A stretch of 53,202 bases of DNA from Octopus sinensis (Eukaryota), in contig NW_021834656.1 of the NCBI RefSeq assembly GCF_006345805.1, positions 1 to 53,202 of the forward strand. Direction: 5' to 3'. The notes beneath the pieces were generated by a model. It did not search any database and had not been told where the DNA came from. It saw nothing but the letters and a program-made list of their open reading frames with translations. Numbering within the stretch: position 1 is the stretch's first letter; each line of letters begins with the position of its first letter. Positions 9,263-21,104 of the stretch are shown here, piece after piece. The position numbers and the translations under genes were made by a program.

Positions 9263-10112
9263 CCCCTTAATGGATCAATTATTTTGACATGGCGTTTCAT
9301 TTCAGAGCATATTTTTTATTCCCTTTTTAAAATTATATACGCTGTGTTAATTACAAAAAAAAAAAGTTTTTCATCTTGCTTCTTTTATTTTTTATTATAG
9401 AAATTAAAATGTACTTTTACGCATTCGGATTTAAACGAGTCAACTATCTTCGATTTTTTATAAGATGTATTGCTTTTAAATCAAAGGAAAAGTTTTTAAA
9501 AATGAGATAGACAGTTTATTTAGAATGATGATTTTTAAAACAAAGTTATCTTGCAGACATCACACATGTATCTGCTTTTTCTTCGAATCGGGCAAGCAAT
9601 TGATTTCGTGCCATGCACGTGCATCTATCTGATTATCTTCTTTGTCGTCTTCTGAAAAATTGTCAGAGTCTGAACTACACGTGTCTAATTCATCCCCAGA
9701 GCTTTACAGATCGTGAAATGAAAAATCGCTTTCGTGATCGCTGAATATATCTAAATCTTCATCCATTTTGAGAAAAAAAAATGCGTAAATAATTCTCTTA
9801 TTTGTATAAATAATAGAGAATCAAAATGAGACGGTTCTAGAATGACATCAACCCCCTCCTGAATCTGAGTATGCACTGAAGTAAAAGTTCAAACTCAGAA
9901 GCATAAATTCTTTGAAATGGCACCAGAATATGTGCTGCCAGGCGTATGACAACACGAGTAAATTTGTGATTGCTCAAAAATGGAACGACACAAAACAAAT
10001 AAACTCGTTTGAGTGCTAAAAGTAAAAGTTAAAGTTGACTAAGTATACTCCTCTGGTTTTAAAAAGATACATTTACGATGCACGAGTAAACTTGGGGTAA
10101 TCCATTAAAGGG
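9263..10112 (-). mobile_element. Non-autonomous, internally deleted piggyBac transposon (850 bp)
   Basis: TTAA at 9259-9262 and 10113-10116; 13-bp TIRs CCCCTTAATGGAT / ATCCATTAAAGGG (1 mismatch); subterminal CACGAGTAAA at 9953 and 10081; internal transposase remnant. Confidence 0.9.
9516..9766 (-). pseudogene. piggyBac transposase remnant: acidic N-terminus joined to the C-terminal cysteine-rich domain
   Basis: MDEDLDIFSDHESDFSFHDL*SSGDELDTCSSDSDNFSEDDKEDNQIDARAWHEI, then in shifted frames KSRYMCDVCKITL and CFKNHHSK*. This resembles the RYxCxxCxxxLC...CFxxYH end of piggyBac transposases; the DDD core is absent. Confidence 0.75.
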
Positions 10113-11390
10113 TTAAGGTAGTAAATTAGCCAAATTCTACTTAAATAAGTAGAGTGTTATGTGTAAACTATAATAAAATAATTTTAATATTCAAATTTTA
10201 ATTTTAGCTGCAATATGTTACGTAAAAAGTTTCTTATTATTTAGTTTACTAGAAGTAATAGCTTGTCCTATACTTTTCCAGGTGTAATAACTTGTCCTGT
10301 ACATTTTCCGTTTTATAATCTTAAGGATATTACTTTTCATACTCGCATATTTCCATGCAATCCATGATTTTTCCAGGCATTGCTGTTATAAGAAAATCAA
10401 TAACGTATCAATTAATGATTTAATATTTTAACTTATAAAATACTGAACGAAAATGTTTCAATTTTTCCATGTAAGTGATGATAATATTTCAATTTTTTTC
10501 ATGTTTAATTTAAATATATGTTGTGATTGGGTTATTTGATATTACTCGTCCACACCAAATTAAAGGCAGGGAATTTTACAATCTTGTTGGTTGCACCATG
10601 GCTCACCAAAAGTTACAAACAACAAGACCCCAAAACCATCAGTTACCAGGCTCACCTTAAGTAACCTAGATTTTGATCTGGTAATAATAATACTGACTGC
10701 TACTAATCTAGATGTATCAATAATTGTTCAATACAGCAGTAATTATAAAGGCATATCAGATATACACAAGTTAAAATTACCTACAGCCCATTAATATAAA
10801 TTTGATTTGTGAAAAATCAACGGGATAGCGTTTCTACCAATTCGCCGCTCCAGAATTTAAGCATTCATTTTAAAATTATATTCTTATCTTAACATTATTG
10901 GGGCATTACTTCTTACTTCCACACTTACAGACAATAAATTTCATGACATTTCACCTCATAACTTTTTTCTATTAATTTTTGTTCAATGCGACTAACGATT
11001 CTGAATTCCTCATGCATTTTTCTATCATTTAAGCCTAAGAAAAGTATACTTTTATTCTAAAATAAAAAAAAATTATGTTAATTGAAGATGAATAGGTGCC
11101 TTACTGACCACCTTTAGACCTGACATATTTTGATGCAACTTTTTTCTACTCAAACTGTTTATACCAAAGTGTAGCTGAGGAGGTGTCTTCTTTAAAACTG
11201 TTAACAGTTTGCAATTTAGTTGAGAACTGAATTAGAGGTGAAGCTTGGAATCTGCTGCGATTGACGAAATGGTGGACTACCGTAGTTGAATGATATATAT
11301 ATATATATTATAATATATATATCGTTTCGGGACCCATGGGGGGTGGGGCGAGCTTCCACCACCTGCTCTGCCTATATATCTGTGTACATC

Positions 11391-11582
11391 TTTGAATGCT
11401 ATGTATACCATAGAGTTTGCAGATCTGGCGGAGACCTCAAGGGAAATTTTGGGATCCACAGGGATCGGAGCTTGGCTGCAGGTCTTGGTGGTCCAAGTCA
11501 GATGTGCGATCTGTGTGGATGTCTTTTCAATACATTGTCTGGTTTAAAAAGCCACGTCAGATGCCATGATGATCTCAGGTGT
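11391..11582 (+). pseudogene. Two C2H2-type zinc-finger-like units, probably the 3' end of an RTE-clade LINE ORF
   Basis: FECYVYHRVCRSGGDLKGNFGIH (degenerate finger) and CDLCGCLFNTLSGLKSHVRCH (exact C-x2-C-x12-H-x3-H); the 15-aa linker is not TGEKP; flanked by (TA)n on both sides. Confidence 0.55.
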
Positions 11583-11586
11583 ATGA

Positions 11587-11636
<50 letters not shown>

Positions 11637-11726
11637 AATAAATAAAATATATGCATACATACATACATGCACACACCTACATCTACATGTATATATACAT
11701 GCATATATATAATATATATTATATAT

Positions 11727-11761
<35 letters not shown>

Positions 11762-11888
11762 TACAGGACACCACAAAAGACGTGGAACTCAACGAGAAAC
11801 GAAAACATAAATGCATATATTTTATTTATTAATTTATTTATGACTGAGCGCCCTCGCGTCGTTTCGTTTCTTTTCTCTTCTCCAAGTA

Positions 11889-11928
<40 letters not shown>

Positions 11929-11929
<1 letters not shown>

Positions 11930-12137
11930 GTAGGGTTGCTGAAAAGTTACTGTCTTTGGATAAAAGAAAATACAAGAGAAATTATGATTTTATTCAACAT
12001 ATTTCCCTCTCAGATTCACATACTTATTGCAGCGATCCTTCAGTTTTTCTAAGCCTTGTAAAAGAATTAGAAGTTTGGCCCTCCAACCAGACTTTTCGCA
12101 ATATCCTCAAAGCCAAGAACTTTTCATCACCCTGTCG
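11929..12137 (-). mobile_element. Tc1/mariner-derived MITE (209 bp)
   Basis: TA flanks; TIR-like CGTAGGGTTGCTGAAAAGTT / AACTTTTCATCACCCTGTCG; minus strand encodes the mariner C-terminus GLEKLKDRCNKYVNLRGKYVE*. Confidence 0.8.
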
Positions 12138-12638
12138 TATACATGTGTGTGTGCGTGTGTGTTTATGTGTATGTCGATATGCTTGAATGCCAAGTTCGCT
12201 TATGCATGCAGCAAATATATCTACACTCAAAAAGTAACCAGAGTGCATCAGATGTTCTAGCGGATGTTCTTGCTGGGTGGCACATAGTATCACTCCAATA
12301 TACATCGTGTTTTTAGCACAGCGTGTCTAAGAAGTGGTTTTCACTCATACGGAAACCACAGCTTCATGTCTTTCAAAGGTGTATATGCTTCAAATATGTT
12401 ACAAAACATGGCTATTTGGATATAAAATTGCTTCAACTGCGTACACCGAGTTTTTATTCATCCCGAAGTGTTTCCGCAATATCGGTGAATGTATTACTTA
12501 ATGCTTGCCATAAATCATACATACATACATACATACATACATACATACATACATACATACATACATACATACATACATACGTACATATATAAGTATACAT
12601 ACATCATACATACATACATACATACATACATACATACA

Positions 12639-12669
<31 letters not shown>

Positions 12670-13259
12670 CCTCAAGGCATAGCGACTACATTTCACCGAC
12701 AAGTCTCAAGGAAGCCGAAAAACATCTGACGTTTTCGGAGCTCTCTACTCGGATGATGTGCGTCTCACATCCATACATAATTTATTATTAACACATCTCT
12801 ATGAAGAGATTTCCTCTCTGAGGAAAACCAGAGCATCATACCTGCCAACGGTGTATATACGTTAAGATTGATTCACGTGTGGGTATTTTAATTTAATGCT
12901 ATTTTGATTGCGTATACCGATATATACACATACATACATGCATACATACATACATACATACATACATACATACATACGTGCATACATAATACATACGTGC
13001 ATACATACATACATACACACACATATGTATGTATATATGTGTGTATACATACATACACAAACGCACACACATATATGTATGTATGTATATATATATGTGT
13101 GTGTGTGTATACATACATACATACACTAACTCACACACGCACACGCACACTCACACGCACGCACACTTATTTGTGTACGCTTGTATTGAAAGCAAGGCTC
13201 ATATAGTGGTTTTCGTACATTGGTTAAAATAAATTGATTATTGACTCCAACGTTCGCAA

Positions 13260-13284
13260 AGAAGAAGAAAAAAGAAAAGAAGAA

Positions 13285-13344
<60 letters not shown>

Positions 13345-13386
13345 GATGATGATGGTGATGATTTTGATGATGATGGTGATGATGAC

Positions 13387-13419
<33 letters not shown>

Positions 13420-13768
13420 GATGATGATGGTGATGATGATGATTTTGATGATGATGGTGATGATGACGATGATGATGATGACGATGATGATGAATAATGA
13501 TGATAATGATGATGATGATGACGATGAGGTTAAAGATGATGATGCGACGATGACGGCGATTGTAGCAGTGGTGGCGGCAGTGGTGGTGGTGGTGGTGGTG
13601 GTGTTTGTGGTTATGGCGGTGTTAATAATGATAATGATTATTCGGTGTACGAAAAACTGGCAAAACATAGAGTTTTTTTTTTAATTAGCAACTCCAAAAC
13701 ACCACCACCACCACCACCATCACTGCCACCGCCACAGCCACCACCACCAACACAACCACCACCGTCAA

Positions 13769-13799
<31 letters not shown>

Positions 13800-13925
13800 G
13801 CCACCGCATTCTGCCCAAACATCGCATCAGGAACAGCTGCAGCTTTAATATGAACAACAACAACAACAACAACAACCAGCAACAACAGCAACAACAACAA
13901 CAACAACAACAACGACGACAACAAC
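13260..13925. repeat. Compound trinucleotide tract (GAA)(GAT)n(GGT)n(CAC)n(CAT)n(CAA)n
   Basis: Directly visible; source of the poly-D, poly-M and poly-I ORFs. Confidence 0.95.
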
Positions 13926-14304
13926 CTGTAAACAACACATTTGTTCTGTCATTACAATATAACTAACCCCAGCACCGCCCCATACCGTTCGGTGCTCCTC
14001 CCACTCGAACCCCTTATTCCACGCAGATCCCTTTAACTCTAGTGTAATTCTCCCAACATTCATTTACATCTTCTTTATCTCCTTTCTACTTTCGTTTTCC
14101 CCGTTCTCGTAAATTGATTTGTTTAGCGTATGAGTGTGCGTGTGTGTGTGTGGTTGTGTATGTGTGTGTGCGTGTGTGTGTGTGGTTGTGTATGTGTGTG
14201 TGCGTGTGTGTGTGTGGTTGTGTATGTGTGTATGCGTGTTTGCGTTTGTGTGTGTGTGTGCGTGTGTGTGTGTGTGTGTGTGCCTCTTTGTGTGTGGTTG
14301 TGTA

Positions 14305-14690
14305 TGTGTGCGAGTGGTAGTGTGTGTGCGAGTGGTAGTGTGTGTGCGAGTGGTAGTGTGTGTGCGAGTGGTAGTGTGTGTGCGAGTGGTAGTGTGTGTG
14401 CGAGTGGGGTTGTGTGCGAGTGGTAGTGTGTGTGCGAGTGGTAGTGTGTGTGCGAGTGGTAGTGTGTGTGCGAGTGGTAGTGTGTGTGCGAGTGGTAGTG
14501 TGTGTGCGAGTGGTAGTGTGTGTGCGAGTGGTAGTGTGTGTGCGAGTGGTAGTGTTTGTGCGAGTGGTAGTAGTGTGTGTGCGAGTGGTAGTGTGTGTGC
14601 GAGTGGTAGTGTGTGTGCGAGTGGTAGTGTGTGTGCGAGTGGTAGTGTGTGTGCGAGTGGTAGTGTGTGTGCGAGTGGTAGTGTGTGTGT
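14305..14690. repeat. 18-bp minisatellite (GTGTGTGCGAGTGGTAGT), 21 units
   Basis: 21 CGAGTGG cores counted at 18-bp spacing with three variant units; embedded in (TG)n. Confidence 0.95.
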
Positions 14691-14780
14691 ATGCATCTGT
14701 CTGAAAAATATGGTTATGTGCGTGCGTGTTTGTGCAGATGTGTATGATTAGATGCCTTTGTCAATGTGTAAATATCTGTG

Positions 14781-14829
<49 letters not shown>

Positions 14830-15437
14830 ACTGCTGCTACTGCTGCTACTGCTCGTAGTAGTAATAATTGTAGTGATGGTGATGGAGGTGGTGGCAATAG
14901 TAGTGGTTGTGGTGGTGGTGGTGGTGGTATTCGTAAGTGTAGCAGTGTGTGTGCTAGTGCATAGTAAAATGTGTGTGAGTACTTGTGTCTCGGGCGATGT
15001 GTGTTTATGTGCGGCACTGTCAATATAGTGATGTGTATGTGTGATGCGTAATGATAATTATGATGATGTTTATGAAGATGTGTGTTTGTGTGTGTATGTA
15101 TGGCAATGAGTGTGTGTATGTGTGTATTGTGATGTGTGTGTGTATTGATGTGTATGTGTGATCATGTATGTATGTGTTGTTATGAGTGTGTATGTGTGTT
15201 TGTTTGGGGGTGATGTGTTTAAGAATATATGTGCTGGGCAAACTTATGTAAAGTGTCTTCACAGAATGAGTTTGCATATGCATGTATTTGTGTTCGTATA
15301 TGTGCGCATATTTGTGTGTGTGTGTGTGTGTGTGTTGTGTGTGCTTTTGTATATTTGTGAGCACGTGGTTGCTAACTGTGGGAAGTATTTGTTTTTAAAA
15401 CTCTTCTTCAAAGTGTTTCCATTGTTTTATTAACGTA

Positions 15438-15802
15438 CTAGCAGTATCACCGGCGTTGCTCAGGTTTGTAAGGGAAATAACTATAAGCATTTTTAGGAGT
15501 TAGAGCCAAAATGGCCAAAAAATGGAAAAAAATGATGCTAAATTTTTTTTTAGTAAAAAAGGTGGAGTTGCGTCCCTAACAGTTTGCGGTTTGTGTTTTG
15601 ATTCTCGACCCCATGTCGAATTTATCAATTTTTTCAGAACTGGGGAATTTTCAAAATTTTCGCTGCGTTGTTTTGAATTATGACATTGGGCTATGTGGTG
15701 TTCAAGTTCTCAGAATCGGTTGAAAGCCGTGTCAGGGTGAGGGTACAACCTAACATACACAACAGAAACACGCACAGACAAACTGCCGTTTATATAGAGA
15801 GA
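15438..15802 (-). mobile_element. Non-autonomous Helitron, apparently complete (365 bp)
   Basis: On the minus strand it begins A|TC(TCTCTATATAAACGG) at 15802 and ends CTAG|T at 15438, with a degenerate GC-rich hairpin (15449-15464) about 8-10 nt before CTAG; this fits Helitron TC...CTRR termini inserted into an AT target. Confidence 0.75.
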
Positions 15803-15928
15803 GATTTTCATATAGTGTCCTTCAACAACAAGGGAGGTAATCAATATTTATGATATTTTTATGTGTGCGAGTGTGTGTGAATGTGTGTGTGAGTGAGTGC
15901 GCGTGGAAAGAGTGAAAGAGAGAATAAA

Positions 15929-16161
15929 GGCGGCGAGCTGGCAGAAACGTTAGCACGCCGGGCGAAATGCTTAGCCGTATATCGTGTGCCGTTACGTTCT
16001 GAGTTCAAATTCCGCCGAGGTCGAACTTTGCCTTTCATCCTTTCGGGGTCGATAAATTAAGTACCAGTTACGCACTGGGATCGCTCTAATCGACTTAAAC
16101 TCTTTGCCTGTCCTTGTTTGTCTTCTCTATGTTTAACTCCTTGTGGGCAATAAATAAATAA
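15929..16161 (+). mobile_element. tRNA-derived SINE family B, monomer
   Basis: GGCGGCGAGCTGGCAGAAACGTTAG..GAGTTCAAATTCCGCC (A/B-box-like), central GCCTTTCATCCTTTCGGGGTCGATAAATTAAGTACCAG, tail CCTTGTGGGCAATAAA. Confidence 0.9.
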
Positions 16162-16209
16162 GAGTGAGAGAGAAAAAGAGAGTGAGTGCATGTGTATGAA
16201 TGTTTGTGT

Positions 16210-16576
16210 GGAAGCGCAATGGCCCAGTGGTTAGGACAGCGGACTCGCGGTCGTAGGATCGCGGTTTCGATTCCCAGACCGGGCGTTGTGAGTGTTTATT
16301 GAGCGAAAACACCTAAAGCTCCACGAGGGTCTGGCAGGGCGGTGGGTGTTGGTGGCGAACCCTGCTGTACTCTTTCACCACAAATTTCTCTCACTCTTTC
16401 TTCCTGATTCTGTTGTACCTGTATTTCAAATGGCCAGGCCTGTCACACTCTGTGTCACGCCGAGAACTATGTTAAGGGTGCACGGGTCTGTGGAGTGCTC
16501 AGCCACTTGCACGATAATTTCATGAGCAGGCTGTTCCGTTGATCGGATCAACTGGAACCCATCGTAACCAATGGAG
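16210..16576 (+). mobile_element. tRNA-derived SINE family C (head 1, tail X)
   Basis: TGGCCCAGTGGTTAG (A box) and GGTTTCGATTCCC (B box); near-identical head and homologous tail at 47466-47855 on the minus strand. Confidence 0.9.
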
Positions 16577-16805
16577 GGCCACAATATATCTATGTGTGTA
16601 TGCGCGTGTGTGCGTGTGTGTATGTGTGTGTAGCTGTGCATTATGCAACAGAATGGGCAAATATTTGGCCGGGCTCAAAAGTCATATAAGGGCCTCACAT
16701 TGCATCATCAATGACTCATTTCAATGATCCTTTCTAGCAACAGCTTTGCTCATCTACAAGAAAACGACTACTTTAGATGTATGTATGTATTTATGTATGT
16801 ATAAT

Positions 16806-17220
16806 CTTTCTTTTACTCGTTTCAATCATTTGACTATGGCCATGCTGCAGCACCGCCTTCAGTCGAGCAAATTGACCCCAGGACTTATTCTTTGTAAGCC
16901 TAGTACTTATTCTATCGGTCTCTTTTGTCGAACCACTAATTTACGGGGAGGTAAACACACCAGCATCAGTTGTCAAGTGATGTTGGGGGGTGGGGGAGCA
17001 GACACGGACACACAAACATATACACACACACATACAGATGTATGTGTACATATATACGACGGGCTTCTTTCAGTTTCCGTCTACCAAATCCCCTCACAAG
17101 GCTTTGATCGGCCCGAGGCTATAGTAGAAGACACTTACCCAAGGTGCCACGCAGTGGGACTGAAACCAGAGCCATGTGCTTGGTAAGCAAGCCACTTACC
17201 ACACAGCCACTCCTACGCCT
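16806..17220 (-). mobile_element. SINE family A, full length
   Basis: Colinear with 6072-6480 including the internal (CA)/(TA) tract. Confidence 0.92.
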
Positions 17221-18278
17221 GTATGTAAGTATGTATGCATTTATGTATGCATGTATGTATTCATGTATGTATGCATGTATGTATGTGTGTGTATGTATGT
17301 GTGTCTATGTATGTATGTATGTGTGTGAATGTGCGTATGTATGTATGTGTATGTATGTATGTATGTATATAAGTTTGTATGCATGTATGTATGTATGTAT
17401 GTATGTATGTATGTATGTATATATGTATGTATGTGTAAATGACCTGTGTCTATACGTTAGGGAGTGTGTACGTGTGAGAAGAATAAGCGAGAGTCTGTGT
17501 ATGTATATGTGTAAACGGCGTATGTGATAAACGTGTGTGTGAGTGCGTGTCCGACGTATCTGTGCATTTATGTGTGTATTCATGTGTGTGTGGAGAGAGG
17601 AATGAGAGACAGAAAGTGTAGGCGTGTGTGTATATATGTATATATATATATATATTATATATATATATATTATATATATATAATATATATATGTTTGTGT
17701 GATGGTTTGTATGTGTAGATCTATGTGGGCGTTTTCATGAATGTGTGTCTGTGTGTGTATGTTCGTGTGTGTGAGACTGAGAGTGAGAGACAGCAACATA
17801 GAAATAGCAGCTAAATTATCATGGAAACATCTTTCAGTATTAAAGAGGAGTGGTACTGGTGGTGAAAACGGCGCTGTAGTCCGAGATATACTATGCCCGA
17901 AAGAAAAGACAGAATTGTCAGTATAGAATTGAAATGTCTATGATTATGAGGCCTGTTCTGTTCGTTATGATCTGACCTGTGGCTAAATATTAACTGTAGA
18001 AACACCAACAACGCCAACAACGACCAGAATAGCAACAGCGAAAATGACCATAATGCATGCAGGTCAAAAACAGCCAACATCGTCGTCGTCGTCGTCGTCA
18101 TCATCATCAGGATCATCATCTTTACTGTCATCCTCGTACTTCACCGCAAACTCCTCCCCTCCTCCTCCTCCTCCTCCTCCTCCCCTTCATCATCATCATC
18201 ATCAAAATCAACAAAGTAGATTCTATCATCATTGACTGAGAACAACTTAAGCAACATGGCATCATTCTGAAAATAGTT

Positions 18279-18341
<63 letters not shown>

Positions 18342-18362
18342 GTCTGTCTGTCTGTGTGTCTG

Positions 18363-18413
<51 letters not shown>

Positions 18414-18648
18414 TATATATATATATATATAATATATATAATACATATATCTAATATATATATATATATATATATTATATGCATATATTAACATACAGAC
18501 ACATATTTTAATGTGTGTGTATATACATATATATATACATACAAATATACATATATATGTGTATATATATATATATGTATGTTTGTGTGTTTGTGTGTGT
18601 ACGTTTGTGTGCGTATGCGCGCGCGAGAGAAATAGTGTGTATGTGTGT

Positions 18649-18693
<45 letters not shown>

Positions 18694-19123
18694 TTACTGT
18701 TCCCTTCCCCCAACGAGTGTTATGTCGGTTAATGAACTCAAAACAAAGCAGACGACAGCTTCTGGATACGTTTGTCTTTTCCTCACTCATTAGGTATTTC
18801 AAACAGTTTAATCTCGGTAGACTTCATAATTTCAATGAAGACGTTAGTTTGAGTTTATATTTCGTTAAGTAAAATCGTTTGATGTGAACACAAGAGAACA
18901 GTGTTAACACATGCGAACACACCGTAAATGTTAACGAAGCCATTGTTAACGGCGCTTCTACGGTGTAGTTGGAATTGCTAGAAATGGCAACCCAATCTCT
19001 CTTAAATTGCAGCCATTATGCTTTTGAAATTAGGGGACGCAATGAAGAATGATAGCCCCCGAATGCATACGAATTTCGAAGGAGAAAAAGGGTCAAGATA
19101 ATATCAAATGGAATTCTTTTGAT

Positions 19124-19320
19124 AGAAGAAGAAGAAGAAGAAGAAGAAGAAGAAGAAGAAGAAGAAGAAGAAGAAGAAGAAGAAGAAGAAGAAGAAGAAG
19201 AGAAGAAGAAGAAGAAGAAGAAGAAAAACAAGAACAAGAAGAACAACAAGAAGAACAACAAGAGGAAGAACAACAACAAGACCAACAACAATATAGCAAC
19301 AACAACAACAGCAAAATATT
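19124..19320. repeat. (GAA)n followed by (CAA/GAA)n
   Basis: Directly visible. Confidence 0.95.
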
Positions 19321-19690
19321 ATAAACAGCGGCAGCAGCAACTGTGACATTTCTGCATGTGCATAAGTGTAAACGCAGAAGTGTGTGACTGCGCATTTCCA
19401 TGCTTGTAGGCATGTGTGTATGGACATTACGAACATGCATATAAACGTTATCGTTCAAACTCATACTTTTCTTTCCCTCTCTGCTTCTGTCCGCTTTTCT
19501 TTTACGAGTGTATATATAGGTATATATACATATATATGTAAATCTGTGTATGTGTCCCTGTCTCTCTCTTTCTCTGTACACACTCACACACACACACACA
19601 CACATACACTTATGAATTATTGTATGTATGTATGTGCGTAATATATATATATATATATATCGTCTCGCGAGAAGTACCGCATATTTTTAT

Positions 19691-19720
19691 AGGCGTAGGA
19701 GTGGCTGCGTCGTATATATG

Positions 19721-19753
<33 letters not shown>

Positions 19754-19966
19754 TTATGTTTGTATATCTGTGTTTGTCCCCCTAATATCGCTTGACAACC
19801 GATGCTGGTGTGTTTACTTCCCCGTAACTTAGCGGTTCGACAGAAGGGACCGATAGAATAAGTACTAGGTTTACAAAGAATAAGTCCTGGGGTCGATTTG
19901 CTCGATTAAACGCGGTGCTTCATCATGGCCACAGTCAGATGACTGAAACAAGTAAAAGAGTAAGAG
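19691..19966 (+). mobile_element. SINE family A with internal deletion of most of the tRNA and central region
   Basis: AGGCGTAGGAGTGGCTGCGT joins directly to CGTATATA; the 3' half is intact to AAGTAAAAGAGTAAGAG. Confidence 0.85.
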
Positions 19967-20787
19967 TATATACACGTATATACATATATACATAAATACA
20001 CACATACGCGTGTATATATATACATCTCCACACATAAATATACACATATATATTGCACATTAATAACTCCAAGATGATAACACGAACTGGTACACGCATA
20101 CTTATTCACATATAATAAACGCCGAGTTCATGTAAAGATACCTTACACACACAAATACACTTACTATATGTGTGTATGTGCGCGTGTGTGTTATGCAAAT
20201 ATTTGTAAATCAAAATATACGTATGTGTATTTTCTGTAACTATTTATATACATACATTGCTCGCTTATACTTGCATGTAAATAGCTTACGATATAAAATC
20301 ATACAAACGTACAGACAAACATGCAGGCATACATCTACTCAGAAAAACATGTACAGCGAAAAACTACAAAAGAAGTTCATTACAAATTGAAATTAGTGCC
20401 AAACAATTCTTAAATCAAAGTATTGTGTGAAATTCTTTCAAAATTGCATTGAAAAAAAAATGGCGATTTATCGATGAAAGCCATTCTTGTCAGTAATTAG
20501 AAATCGCCGTGTGAAACATGAAACGTTCTAATTATCGGCAAACATTCCTTCTCTACCTATGAGGAGACACGAATAACATCTATTGCTTGCCGCTTGCCGG
20601 TCGTACGAGATATAGTTTATAGCGGAGAAAGTCTGCCACACACTTCCACACTTACCGAGTCTGTTATATCGATATAATAAGTTTGTTAAGTCGTCGGCGA
20701 CTTAGCGCTAACGGGATAGGTTATATAACAATGAAGTTTACCCTAAATCAAATCGATGCTTGTGATATCTAATATAATTTTATTTTT

Positions 20788-21065
20788 TATCTTTATCTTG
20801 TTTCAGTCATTAGTCTGCAGCCATGCCGGGGCACCGTCTTGAAGAATATTTAATCGAATGAATCGATCTAAAGTATATATTGTTTTAAAGCCTGGTACTT
20901 ATTCTATTGGTTAGTTTTCGCCGAACCGCTAGGTTACAGTGATGCAAATACACCGAAGCCCATTGTCAGGCGGTGATGAGGGTTAAACACATAAACCAAG
21001 ACACACTCATTCACACACACACACACATACAAACATACACACACACACATACAAATACACCACAT

Positions 21066-21104
<39 letters not shown>

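Larger units (their letters stand above)
9012..10357. mobile_element. Long inverted-repeat (foldback) element hosting the piggyBac insertion
   Basis: 9012-9143 is the reverse complement of 10207-10357 (ATGCGAG.ATGAAAAGT..CTTAAGATTATAAA..AAGCTATTACTT..AATAAGAAAC.TTTTAC.TAA.ATATTGCAGC); the right arm has an extra ~29-bp tandem duplication. Confidence 0.7.

Noticed and set aside
11095-11185. TACTGAC branch-point-like motif followed by CTTTAG
   Set aside because: All three frames after the AG hit stops before a plausible donor.
14305-14690. Regular repeat array as a possible CRISPR
   Set aside because: Units are contiguous with no unique spacers, there are no cas genes, and the context is eukaryotic; the same applies to 27170-28138 and the SINE B multimers.
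13126-14751. Poly-D, poly-M, poly-I and (HTLPLA)n / (CASGSV)n ORFs
   Set aside because: They come from (GAT)n and the 18-bp minisatellite; open in multiple frames and strands, which is typical of simple repeats.
16210-16285. tRNA-like sequences (also at 31655, 43002, 47780-47855 and 50132) as tRNA genes
   Set aside because: A and B boxes are present, but acceptor stems are not closed and each continues into a shared SINE body; they are SINE heads.
20660-20705. Short palindromes TTATATCGATATAA and TAAGTCG-TCGG-CGACTTA
   Set aside because: Expected by chance at this length in 53 kb; no supporting context.
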